NCBI GenBank assembly: GCA_038321865.1
Contig: JBBQFH010000005.1
Span: forward strand, 68,694-132,693
Origin: Gemmatimonadales bacterium
GTDB lineage: Bacteria > Gemmatimonadota > Gemmatimonadetes > Gemmatimonadales > GWC2-71-9
Reading direction: 5' to 3'
Length of the DNA stretch: 64,000 bases
Part shown: positions 49,788 to 58,173 of the stretch, piece after piece
How the letters are laid out: each line of letters begins with the position of its first letter
Numbering within the stretch: position 1 is the first letter of the stretch
Program-made: the position numbers and the translations under genes
Notes under the pieces: generated by a model
Databases searched by the model: none
What the model was told of the DNA's origin: nothing
Seen by the model: the letters and a program-made list of their open reading frames with translations, nothing else

Positions 49788-50617
49788 GTGGCCGCCACCT
49801 GGGTCTCGCTCTGGCCGCTGCCCGCCCCGATCGCATCCTCCACGCGCCGCATCAATTCCTGCGCGATCGCGAGATAGCTCTTCGCTCCGACCGACTGCAC
49901 GTCATACAGCAGGATCGGCTTGCCGAAGCTCGGCGCTTCCGCCAGCCGGACATTCCGGGGCACCGTGGTACGGAACATCTGCGCACCGAAATACTCCTTG
50001 GCGTCGTCCGCCACCTGCCGGCTGAGATTGAGCCGGGTGTCGAACATGGTAAGAAGCACGCCGTCGATCGCCAGCGCGGGGTTGAAATTCTGCTGCACCT
50101 GGCGAACGGTATTCAGCAGCTGGGAGATTCCCTCCAGCGCGTAATACTCGCACTGAATCGGAATCACGACGCCCTGCGCCGCAGTCAGCACGTTCAGCGT
50201 GAGGAGTCCGAGGGAGGGCGGGCAGTCCACGACGATGTAATCGTACCGGTCGCGCATCGGCTCCAGCGCTCGCCTGAGCGCCGTTTCCCGCCCGTCCCGC
50301 TCCACAAGCTCGAGCTCGGCGCCGACGAGATCCTGAGTGGCGGGAAGCACATCGAGATGCGGTAACGACGGATTCTTGACAACGACGTCTGCCGCCGAGG
50401 CGGCCCCCATGATCACATCGTAGAGGGAGCGCTCGAGCGACGCCTTCGGGACGCCGACACCGCTGGTGGCGTTCCCCTGCGGATCGGCGTCGACCAGCAG
50501 CGTCCGCCGCTCCGCCACGGCGAGCGACGCGGCGAGATTTACGGCAGTCGTCGTCTTGCCAACCCCACCCTTCTGGTTGGCTATCGCGACGATATGCCCT
50601 CTGGAGCCATTTAGCAA
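49784..50617 (-). CDS. parA: Chromosome partitioning ATPase ParA/Soj
   Basis: NQKGGVGKTTT, DPQGNATSG, DCPPSLG, EAPSFG; TTG start. Confidence 0.95.
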   Translation of the reverse strand: MLNGSRGHIVAIANQKGGVGKTTTAVNLAASLAVAERRTLLVDADPQGNATSGVGVPKASLERSLYDVIMGAASAADVVVKNPSLPHLDVLPATQDLVGAELELVERDGRETALRRALEPMRDRYDYIVVDCPPSLGLLTLNVLTAAQGVVIPIQCEYYALEGISQLLNTVRQVQQNFNPALAIDGVLLTMFDTRLNLSRQVADDAKEYFGAQMFRTTVPRNVRLAEAPSFGKPILLYDVQSVGAKSYLAIAQELMRRVEDAIGAGSGQSETQVAAT

Positions 50618-50706
50618 ATGAAGTCTCTACAATGACTTACATGATTATTGATTCTGCAGGGCCGGTGGATCGCAGTGGGGCAATATACAGCTTTCGCTCC
50701 CGACCT

Positions 50707-52614
50707 TCAAACCCCAGTTTCACGTGAAACAGCATCGGATGAGGGGTTCTGTTTCACGTGAAACTTACGATTTCGTGCGATCTCCATCAGGAGCGTCTGC
50801 ACGTCGCTGGGAGAAACCCCGGGAATTCGGCTGGCGTGTCCAATCGTGGTTGGAGTCTGAGCCGCCAGCTTCTCGCGTGCCTCCCACGACAGTGTGGTGA
50901 GTGTCCGATATTCGAGTCCTGATGGTATGGGGAATTCATCGAGTGTCGCGACCCGCGCTGCAGCTGTCGCCTCGCGAGCGAGATAACCTGCGTACTTGAG
51001 CTCGATGTCAGCCCACTCACAGTCTTCCGCTGCCACGTCACTTCCCGCTACCTCAAAAAGCCGCTCCAGCGGGACTTCCGGCCTGCGGGCCAGGTCCGCA
51101 ATCCGCGATCCGCCGACGACCAGTGGTGAGCTGAGCTCGACGAGGGTGGGATTGGCGGTGCATTCCGACAGCGTGATCGCAGCTGCCATATCCCGAACCC
51201 GTTCCTCACGGTGCAGTCGCGACTGCGCGGCTGCAAGCTCCTCTCCGTTCAGGAGTTCCAGCGACTCCGCCTTGGGCAGGAGCCGACGAAGCGCGTTATC
51301 CTGCCTGAGCAGTAGTCTGAACTCCGACCGCGACGTGAACAGCCGATATGGCTCGTCCACTCCCCTGCTGACCAGATCATCGACCAGGACCCCGATAAAC
51401 GCTTCATCGCGGCGAAAGACGACTGGCGCTCGCCCAGCGGCCGAGGCCGCAGCGTTCAGGCCCGCCGCCACCCCCTGGCCGGCGGCTTCCTCGTAGCCTG
51501 TGGTGCCGTTGATCTGCCCGGCGAAGAACAGGCCGGGAATCTCGCGAACCTGGAGGGAATGGTCGAGCTGAGTCGGCGGGAAATAGTCGTACTCGATGGC
51601 GTAGCCCGGCCGCGTCATGTGCACCGACTCGAGTCCGGGGACAGTGCGCAGGAACTCGAGCTGAACCGACGCCGGAAGGGAGGTGGATAGCCCGTTCACG
51701 TACAGCTCCGAAGTATCCAGCCCCTCGGGCTCCAGAAACACCTGATGCCGCTCCGCGTCCGGGAACTTGACGATCTTGTCCTCGATCGACGGGCAATACC
51801 GCGGACCGCGGCCGCTGAGAACCCCACCGTACAACGCCGACTCGCTGAGGTGGTGCTGGATCACCGCTTTGAGCTCGGGTCCGGCGTAGGTGAGGTAGCA
51901 TGGCAGCTGGCGAGGGTGCGCCAAGCGCTCGTGGGAGGAAAACCAGTACGGGATCGGATCTCCGTCCTGGCGCGCCATCTTCCCGACATCGACCGATCTT
52001 CCATCGACCCTTGGAGGCGTCCCTGTTTTGAAACGTTTTACTGTAAGTCCAATGTTTTCAATTGCTTGTGCTATTTCCACCGCCGGTGCCTCTCCGGCTC
52101 TGCCGGCCGGAACGCCGGCATCGTGCCCCGTGTGAATCCGCCCGCGAAGGAATGTGCCGGCAGTCAAAACTACGGCACGCGCTCGGACAGTGAGCCCGGA
52201 CGATGTAATCACCCCGGCCACGCGTCCATGCTCGAGCAACAGATCGGCTACGGTGCCCTGGGCAAACGCCAGCGCTGGTAGCCGCTCGAGCTGTGTCCGT
52301 ACTGCCCGGCGGTAGAGTCCGCGGTCACACTGCGCCCGGGGCGACCATACCGCCGGACCCTTGGATCGGTTGAGCATCCGAAATTGCACGCGGGCCATGT
52401 CGGTGGCGCGGCCCATAATCCCTCCCAGGGCATCGACTTCGCGCACCACGGTACCCTTGGCGATACCTCCGATCGCCGGGTTGCACGACATCTGGCCGAT
52501 CGTCTCGAGATTCTGGGTCAGCAGAAGCGTCGGCGCGCCCGAACGGGCAGCCATGGCGGCTGCCTCGGTACCGGCGTGCCCACCGCCGATGACGATGACG
52601 TCGTATCGTTCCAT
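50707..52614 (-). CDS. mnmG: tRNA uridine 5-carboxymethylaminomethyl modification enzyme MnmG (GidA)
   Basis: GGGHAG, MSCNPAIGG, GPRYCPSIEDK, GQINGTTGYEEAAGQG. Confidence 0.96.
   Translation of the reverse strand: MERYDVIVIGGGHAGTEAAAMAARSGAPTLLLTQNLETIGQMSCNPAIGGIAKGTVVREVDALGGIMGRATDMARVQFRMLNRSKGPAVWSPRAQCDRGLYRRAVRTQLERLPALAFAQGTVADLLLEHGRVAGVITSSGLTVRARAVVLTAGTFLRGRIHTGHDAGVPAGRAGEAPAVEIAQAIENIGLTVKRFKTGTPPRVDGRSVDVGKMARQDGDPIPYWFSSHERLAHPRQLPCYLTYAGPELKAVIQHHLSESALYGGVLSGRGPRYCPSIEDKIVKFPDAERHQVFLEPEGLDTSELYVNGLSTSLPASVQLEFLRTVPGLESVHMTRPGYAIEYDYFPPTQLDHSLQVREIPGLFFAGQINGTTGYEEAAGQGVAAGLNAAASAAGRAPVVFRRDEAFIGVLVDDLVSRGVDEPYRLFTSRSEFRLLLRQDNALRRLLPKAESLELLNGEELAAAQSRLHREERVRDMAAAITLSECTANPTLVELSSPLVVGGSRIADLARRPEVPLERLFEVAGSDVAAEDCEWADIELKYAGYLAREATAAARVATLDEFPIPSGLEYRTLTTLSWEAREKLAAQTPTTIGHASRIPGVSPSDVQTLLMEIARNRKFHVKQNPSSDAVSRETGV
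50716..50731. promoter_or_regulatory. parS centromere site 1
   Basis: AGTTTCACGTGAAACA, 15/16 to the consensus TGTTTCACGTGAAACA. Confidence 0.9.
50750..50765. promoter_or_regulatory. parS centromere site 2
   Basis: TGTTTCACGTGAAACT, 15/16 to the consensus. Confidence 0.9.
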
Positions 52615-52713
52615 CGTTGAAATCTAGCGAAGCCGCCAGGCGAGGGTTGGATTTGCGCGAACCGATTTCATGCTGTAGCCTACCCGCATCACACCACCAC
52701 ACAGGAGCAGGCC

Positions 52714-53373
52714 ATGGCTATCCGTCTGGGCGACGAGGCACCCGACTTCACCGCCGATACCACACAGGGTCCGATCGCCTTTCACCGGTGGAAGGGAAAC
52801 GGCTGGGCGATCCTGTTCTCGCATCCCAAGGATTTCACGCCGGTGTGCACGATGGAGCTCGGTGCGGTCGCCGCGCTCAAGCCGGAGTTCGATCGGCGCA
52901 ACACGAAGGTGATCGGCCTGAGCGTGGACCCGGTGGAATCACATCACAAGTGGGAAGGCGACATTACCGATGTCACCGGGCATGCGGTGAATTTTCCGAT
53001 GATCGCCGATCCGGACCGGGTGGTCGCGAACCTGTACGACATGATCCATCCGAATGCGAGCGATACCATGACCGTGCGTTCGGTCTTCGTGATTTCGCCG
53101 GACAACAAGGTAAAGTTGTCGCTCACCTACCCGGCCAGCACGGGACGCAGTTTCGACGAAGTGCTGCGAGTGCTCGACTCGCTGCAGCTGACGGCAAAGT
53201 ATTCCGTGGCCACGCCTGCCGACTGGAAAAACGGTGACGACGTCATCATCATGAATTCGATTTCCGATGACGATGCCCGGACGCGCTTTCCGCAGGGCTT
53301 CGTGGCCAAGAAACCCTACCTGCGCGTTACGCCGCAACCCAACGCGAAGCAGGCCGAGACGGTCGACGCCTAG
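52714..53373 (+). CDS. 1-Cys peroxiredoxin (Prx6 type)
   Basis: FSHPKDFTPVC, TVRSVF, YPASTGR, ATPADW; only one Cys. Confidence 0.92.
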   Translation: MAIRLGDEAPDFTADTTQGPIAFHRWKGNGWAILFSHPKDFTPVCTMELGAVAALKPEFDRRNTKVIGLSVDPVESHHKWEGDITDVTGHAVNFPMIADPDRVVANLYDMIHPNASDTMTVRSVFVISPDNKVKLSLTYPASTGRSFDEVLRVLDSLQLTAKYSVATPADWKNGDDVIIMNSISDDDARTRFPQGFVAKKPYLRVTPQPNAKQAETVDA

Positions 53374-54683
53374 GAGGTCCGGACCCAGCGCACGACTTCG
53401 CTGAGCTTCGGCTTCTTCCCGTAGCTGAGGATGCCGACGCGATAGATCCGCGCTGCGATCCACACGACCACGACGAGCCCGGCCAGCATCGCGGCGACCG
53501 AGAGCAGCAGCTCGGTCCACGGCATTGGCGAAAGTGAATAGCGAACGGGCGTGACGAAGGGCGCGAAGAACGGCACCAGGCTAAGCGCCCGCGCGGTCGG
53601 GCCGTTGGGTTCGCTCAGGAGCGAGAACATCAGCATCAGCCCGGCCGCGATGAACAGCGTCACCGGTGTCTGCGACTGCTGCGCCTCCTGGTGGGTGTTG
53701 CACATCGATCCGACCGCCGCGTACATCGCCGAATAGAAGAAGAAGCCGAGGACGAAGAAGCCGAGAAACACCACGAGCATCATCGGGGAGACCACCGGGA
53801 TCGGGAGATCGGCGACGGTGGCGGGTGAGGCACCGAATGCCCCCGCCACCTGGGCCCGATATGTCGTCAGCAGCATGGCGGTACCCGCCCAGATACCCAG
53901 CTGCACCAGCGCCACCGATGCCACGCCGATCACCTTCCCGAGCAGCAGCTCGAACGGTGACAGACTCGACACCAGCACCTCCACGATCCGCGTGCTTTTC
54001 TCTTCGACCACCGAGGTCATCACCTGCATGCCGTAGAGCAGCAGTGCGAGGTACAGCATGAACGACATCACGTAGGCCAGCAGGAACGACGCACTTCCGC
54101 TTTGCCCGGTGAGCACACCCTGACTCACCCGCTCCGTTTTCAGGCTCACGTTGCCCTGCGCCGCATCCACGACCTTCGGGTCTACGCCGGCGCGCTCCAA
54201 CCGCGCCGCCATGACGAGTGGTCGCACGGTGGAGCGCAGCGCGTCCATGTCGTTTGGACTGCCGACATTTGACCCGTAGTAGTGCATGCGGCCGGACTCG
54301 AGCGTGCTGTCGGTGATCAGCATGATGCCGTCCACGCCCGAAGGCCCGGCCTTCCGCAGCCCCGTGAGCGCGACGAGCGAATCACGTACCTCATTCACCC
54401 GAGCGCCCGCCGCTACGTGATCGACTCGATAACGCGGGGCCGTGTGTGTCACCGTATCGCGCATGTCCCCTGCCAGCCGCGCCGCAACCTGCTCGCCGAA
54501 GCTTCCCGCCGCCGCGTCAAGGACCACCACGTGCTTCGGCGTGGTCTGCCGGCGATCGAGTAAAATCGGCATGGCGAAGAGCGCGCCCATCAACAGCGGT
54601 CCGAGCACGGTACTGATGACGAACGCGCGCGATTGCACCCGCGCAATGAACTCCCGGCGAACGACCGCCCATACCTTGTGCAT
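53370..54683 (-). CDS. ABC-2 type exporter permease (NatB/YhaP-like)
   Basis: VVRREF, VVEEKSTRIVEVL, LLGKVIG, RIYRVGIL. Confidence 0.88.
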   Translation of the reverse strand: MHKVWAVVRREFIARVQSRAFVISTVLGPLLMGALFAMPILLDRRQTTPKHVVVLDAAAGSFGEQVAARLAGDMRDTVTHTAPRYRVDHVAAGARVNEVRDSLVALTGLRKAGPSGVDGIMLITDSTLESGRMHYYGSNVGSPNDMDALRSTVRPLVMAARLERAGVDPKVVDAAQGNVSLKTERVSQGVLTGQSGSASFLLAYVMSFMLYLALLLYGMQVMTSVVEEKSTRIVEVLVSSLSPFELLLGKVIGVASVALVQLGIWAGTAMLLTTYRAQVAGAFGASPATVADLPIPVVSPMMLVVFLGFFVLGFFFYSAMYAAVGSMCNTHQEAQQSQTPVTLFIAAGLMLMFSLLSEPNGPTARALSLVPFFAPFVTPVRYSLSPMPWTELLLSVAAMLAGLVVVVWIAARIYRVGILSYGKKPKLSEVVRWVRTS

Positions 54684-55633
54684 CAGGCGACCTCCCGTGC
54701 AGGCGCGGTGGCCGCGTCGGCTCCGACCTTGGCGATGAAGATGGATTGGAGCGACGGCTCCACGATCTCGAACCGCGTCAGGCCGACACCGGTGCCGACC
54801 AGCGCCGCGAGCACCCGATCGACATCCGCACCGGGAGCGAGCTGTATCTCGGCGGTCGCGCCGTAATCGTCCACCTGCGCAACCAGCGCGCGATCGCGCA
54901 GCACCGGGAGCGCGCGCTCCGGATGATGGCTGAACGACAGTGCGACGTAACTGCCGCCAAACTCGCGCTTCACATCGGCAACGCGACCATCCACGATCTT
55001 CTCGCCGCGCGCGATGATGACGATGCGGTCACACATCCGCTCGGCCTGCTCCATGATGTGCGTCGAAAACAGGACAGTGCGCCCTTCACGCGCGAGGTCC
55101 ACGACCACGTCCTTCATCAGCTGGCTGTTCACCGGGTCCAGGCCGCTGAACGGCTCGTCGAGGACCACCAGCTCGGGTTCGTGGAGGAGGGCGCTGATGA
55201 ACTGCACCTTCTGCTGCATGCCCTTCGACAGGTCCTCAACCTTGCGGAGCGTCCAGTCTTCCAGCCCGAGCCGCTCGAGCCACCGGCGTGACCGGGCGCG
55301 CGCGTCACGCGCGCCGAGCCCCTTGATCTCGCCGAAGAAGATCAGGTGGTCGAGCACCTTCATCTTCTTGTAGAGACCGCGCTCCTCCGGCAGAAACCCG
55401 ATGCGGTTCGTCAGCGCGCGGCTGGCCGGCTGGCCACCGAACAGCTCGATGCGGCCCTCGTCCGGCGTGATCACATTCATGATCATGCGAATCGTGGTCG
55501 TCTTGCCGGCACCATTCGGGCCGAGCAGGCCGAAGATGCCGCCGCTCGGCACCTCCATCGTGAGTCCGTGCACGGCCGTATGGCCGGCGAACCGCTTCAC
55601 CACGTTCTGCACGCGCAAAACCGCATCGGGCAT
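54683..55633 (-). CDS. ABC-2 type exporter ATP-binding protein
   Basis: GPNGAGKTT, LPEERGLY, LSKGMQQK, LDEPFSGLDP; start at 55633 or 55651. Confidence 0.9.
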   Translation of the reverse strand: MPDAVLRVQNVVKRFAGHTAVHGLTMEVPSGGIFGLLGPNGAGKTTTIRMIMNVITPDEGRIELFGGQPASRALTNRIGFLPEERGLYKKMKVLDHLIFFGEIKGLGARDARARSRRWLERLGLEDWTLRKVEDLSKGMQQKVQFISALLHEPELVVLDEPFSGLDPVNSQLMKDVVVDLAREGRTVLFSTHIMEQAERMCDRIVIIARGEKIVDGRVADVKREFGGSYVALSFSHHPERALPVLRDRALVAQVDDYGATAEIQLAPGADVDRVLAALVGTGVGLTRFEIVEPSLQSIFIAKVGADAATAPAREVA

Positions 55634-55723
55634 GCGTATGACTCCGGTCACGGAGATGGATGTGCCCGGCGCACGGACGTGACGCAGGCGACGGACCTAC
55701 GGCGGGAAGGGCGGGTCGGTTTC

Positions 55724-56005
55724 TCAGTCGGGTGCCGCGGCGAAGCGGCGGATGCCCGCCACCTCGGCCGCGGGCACGATCAACTGCTTGTGCTCCACCT
55801 TGATGCCGAACTTGTGCTGGCGGGCGAGCCAATCGTCCAGTGACATGCCACTCCCGCCGTCATGGACCGCCACATCGTGCATCACGACGCCGCGCTCGAC
55901 CTGTTCGTGATACCGGCCGACGTAGCTTGCGCCTGTCTGTCCGGTGACGACCACCGTCACGCCATGCAGCGCTTCGTGACCGGGGTGAAAGACGTGTCCG
56001 GCCAT
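55724..56005 (-). CDS. His-rich hypothetical protein (93 aa)
   Basis: ATG 3 nt after the bacilliredoxin stop; normal codon bias; 9 His. Confidence 0.75.
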   Translation of the reverse strand: MAGHVFHPGHEALHGVTVVVTGQTGASYVGRYHEQVERGVVMHDVAVHDGGSGMSLDDWLARQHKFGIKVEHKQLIVPAAEVAGIRRFAAAPD

Positions 56006-56008
56006 GGA

Positions 56009-56437
56009 TCAGACCGTCGCGCCGCAATACTTGTCGAAGGCGGCCGTGAGATCGGCGGCGACCGCCTGCGGCGACCGGCCTTCGATCTGGTGCCGGTGAA
56101 CGAAGTGCACCACTTCACCATCCTTCAGCAGCGCGATGGACGGCGAGCTCGGCTGGTAGTCGCTGAAGAACTGGCGAGCCCGTGCCGTCGCATCCAGGTC
56201 CTGCCCGGCGAAGACGGTCACGACCTCGTCCGGCCGGGCCGGATGGCGAAGCGCGACGGACAGCGCGGGCCGCGCGTTGCCGGCGGCGCAGCCACACACC
56301 GAATTGACGAATACCAGCGTGGTCCCCTTGGGGTCACCGAGCGCAGCGTCGACGTCGGCGGCGGTGGTGAGCTCACGGGCTCCCATCTGCGTCATCTCTT
56401 CACGCATGGGCGCCACGAGCAGCGGATTATACGACAT
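56009..56437 (-). CDS. BrxA/BrxB family bacilliredoxin
   Basis: NSVCGCAAGNARP, TVFAGQD, PSSPSIAL, RHQIEG. Confidence 0.9.
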   Translation of the reverse strand: MSYNPLLVAPMREEMTQMGARELTTAADVDAALGDPKGTTLVFVNSVCGCAAGNARPALSVALRHPARPDEVVTVFAGQDLDATARARQFFSDYQPSSPSIALLKDGEVVHFVHRHQIEGRSPQAVAADLTAAFDKYCGATV

Positions 56438-56460
56438 GCCTTACCTCTTCCAGGTTTCGA

Positions 56461-56910
56461 TTACGATGATGTCGTCGCGGTCTCGCCTGCAAGCGCCGAA
56501 CGAAGCGCGTGCCAGGCGAGACTGGCGCATTTGACCCGTGATGGAAATTCCCGTACCCCCGAAAACACCGCGAGCTTGCCCAGGCCGGCGGCCGGCTCGG
56601 TCGGCTGGTCGCCCGCGACCATGTCGTGAAAGCGGCCGAACAGGCGCAGCGCCTCCGCCCGCGTTTTGCCCTTCACACTCAGCGTCATCAGCGATGCCGA
56701 TGCCTGGGAGATCGCGCACCCGATCCCGACGAAGCTGACATCGGTGATGACGCCGTCCTCACCGACCTTGAGCCACACGCTCAGGCGGTCCCCGCAAAGC
56801 GGGTTGTAGCCTTCGGCCTGCCGGTCGGCGTCGTCCATGCGACGGCAGTTTCGCGGCGCGCGGTTGTGGTCAAGGATCACGCTCTGGTAGAGCTCGCCGA
56901 GATCGCTCAT
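56461..56910 (-). CDS. sufU: SUF system sulfur-transfer protein SufU
   Basis: LYQSVILDH, NPLCGD, GCAISQAS, RVKCA. Confidence 0.92.
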   Translation of the reverse strand: MSDLGELYQSVILDHNRAPRNCRRMDDADRQAEGYNPLCGDRLSVWLKVGEDGVITDVSFVGIGCAISQASASLMTLSVKGKTRAEALRLFGRFHDMVAGDQPTEPAAGLGKLAVFSGVREFPSRVKCASLAWHALRSALAGETATTSS

Positions 56911-58169
56911 CGCCCCATCACCGTCCGGACACGCGCGAGTGAAGCGACGAGCGCGTCCACTTCGTCCAGTGTGCTGTAGAGCGCGAACGACGCACGCACC
57001 GTGGCGGGGACGCCGAGCCGGCGCATGAGCGGTTGCGCGCAATGATGGCCGGCGCGCACACAGATCCCGTCGGCGTCGAGGACGGTCGCGACGTCGTGCG
57101 GATGCACGCCGTCCATCACGAAGGAGACGACCGAGGCTTTCCGCGGGGCCGTGCCGATCAGCCGCACATCCGGTACCGCACCGATGCGGTCGGTCGCCAC
57201 AGCGAGCAGCTCGGCCTCGTGAGCGGCGAGCGCCCCACGATCGAGGGCAGAGAGATAGTCCACGGCGGCGCCGAGGCCGACCACCCCGGCGATGTCGGGC
57301 GTGCCTGCTTCGAATTTTGCCGGAAGCTCCGCCCAAGTGGATCCTTCGAGCGTAACCGAGGCGATCATGTCCCCGCCGCCCTGCCATGGGGGCATCGCCT
57401 CGAGCAGCGCCTCCCGGCCATACAGCACGCCGACGCCGGTCGGGCCGAACATCTTGTGTCCGGAGCAGGCAAAGAAATCGCAGTCGAAGGCGCGCACGTC
57501 GGCCGCGAGGTGGGCGACCGACTGCGCCCCGTCGACGAGGACCGGGATGCCTCGCGCGTGGGCGAGCGCGGCGATTCGCGCAACAGGGTGAACGGTTCCA
57601 AGCGCATTGGAGATGTGGGCTACGGATACCAGCCGTGTCCGCTCGCCGAGCATCCGATCGAACGCATCGAGGTCGAGCTCGCCGGCGTCCGTGATGGGCG
57701 CGGCACGGACCACGGCACCGGTCTGCGCAGCCACCAGCTGCCAGGGTACGATGTTCGAATGATGCTCCATCGCCGTGATGAGAATTTCGTCACCCGGCTG
57801 GAGCCGCGGCCGCAGATAACTCTGCGCCACGAGGTTGATCGCCTCGGTCGTACCCCGGGTAAAGATGACCTCGCGCGGGCTGCCGGCATTGAGGAAACCG
57901 GCGATTCGGGCGCGTGCGCCCTCGTACGCCGCCGTCGCGGTCTCGCTCAGCTGATACACGCCGCGATGGATGTTGGCGTTCCCGGCCGAATAGAAGCGGG
58001 AGACGGCGTCGATCACCGCCTGCGGCTTCTGGCTCGTGGCAGCGCTGTCGAGATAGACGAGCGGCTTGCCGCGCACCTGCTGAGACAGAATGGGGAAATC
58101 GCGGCGCACGGCGGCGACATCGTACCGCGGCGTCAGCGCCGTCCCACGTCGAACCTGCGTCGCCGGCAT
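56907..58169 (-). CDS. sufS: Cysteine desulfurase SufS
   Basis: YLDSAATSQKP, EHHSNIVPWQ, SGHKM, RAGHHCAQP. Confidence 0.94.
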   Translation of the reverse strand: MPATQVRRGTALTPRYDVAAVRRDFPILSQQVRGKPLVYLDSAATSQKPQAVIDAVSRFYSAGNANIHRGVYQLSETATAAYEGARARIAGFLNAGSPREVIFTRGTTEAINLVAQSYLRPRLQPGDEILITAMEHHSNIVPWQLVAAQTGAVVRAAPITDAGELDLDAFDRMLGERTRLVSVAHISNALGTVHPVARIAALAHARGIPVLVDGAQSVAHLAADVRAFDCDFFACSGHKMFGPTGVGVLYGREALLEAMPPWQGGGDMIASVTLEGSTWAELPAKFEAGTPDIAGVVGLGAAVDYLSALDRGALAAHEAELLAVATDRIGAVPDVRLIGTAPRKASVVSFVMDGVHPHDVATVLDADGICVRAGHHCAQPLMRRLGVPATVRASFALYSTLDEVDALVASLARVRTVMGR

Positions 58170-58173
58170 GCGA

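Noticed and set aside
47560..52720. oriC within the window
   Set aside because: No cluster of DnaA boxes; only isolated imperfect matches such as GTTTCCACA at 47636-47644, and no dnaA or dnaN
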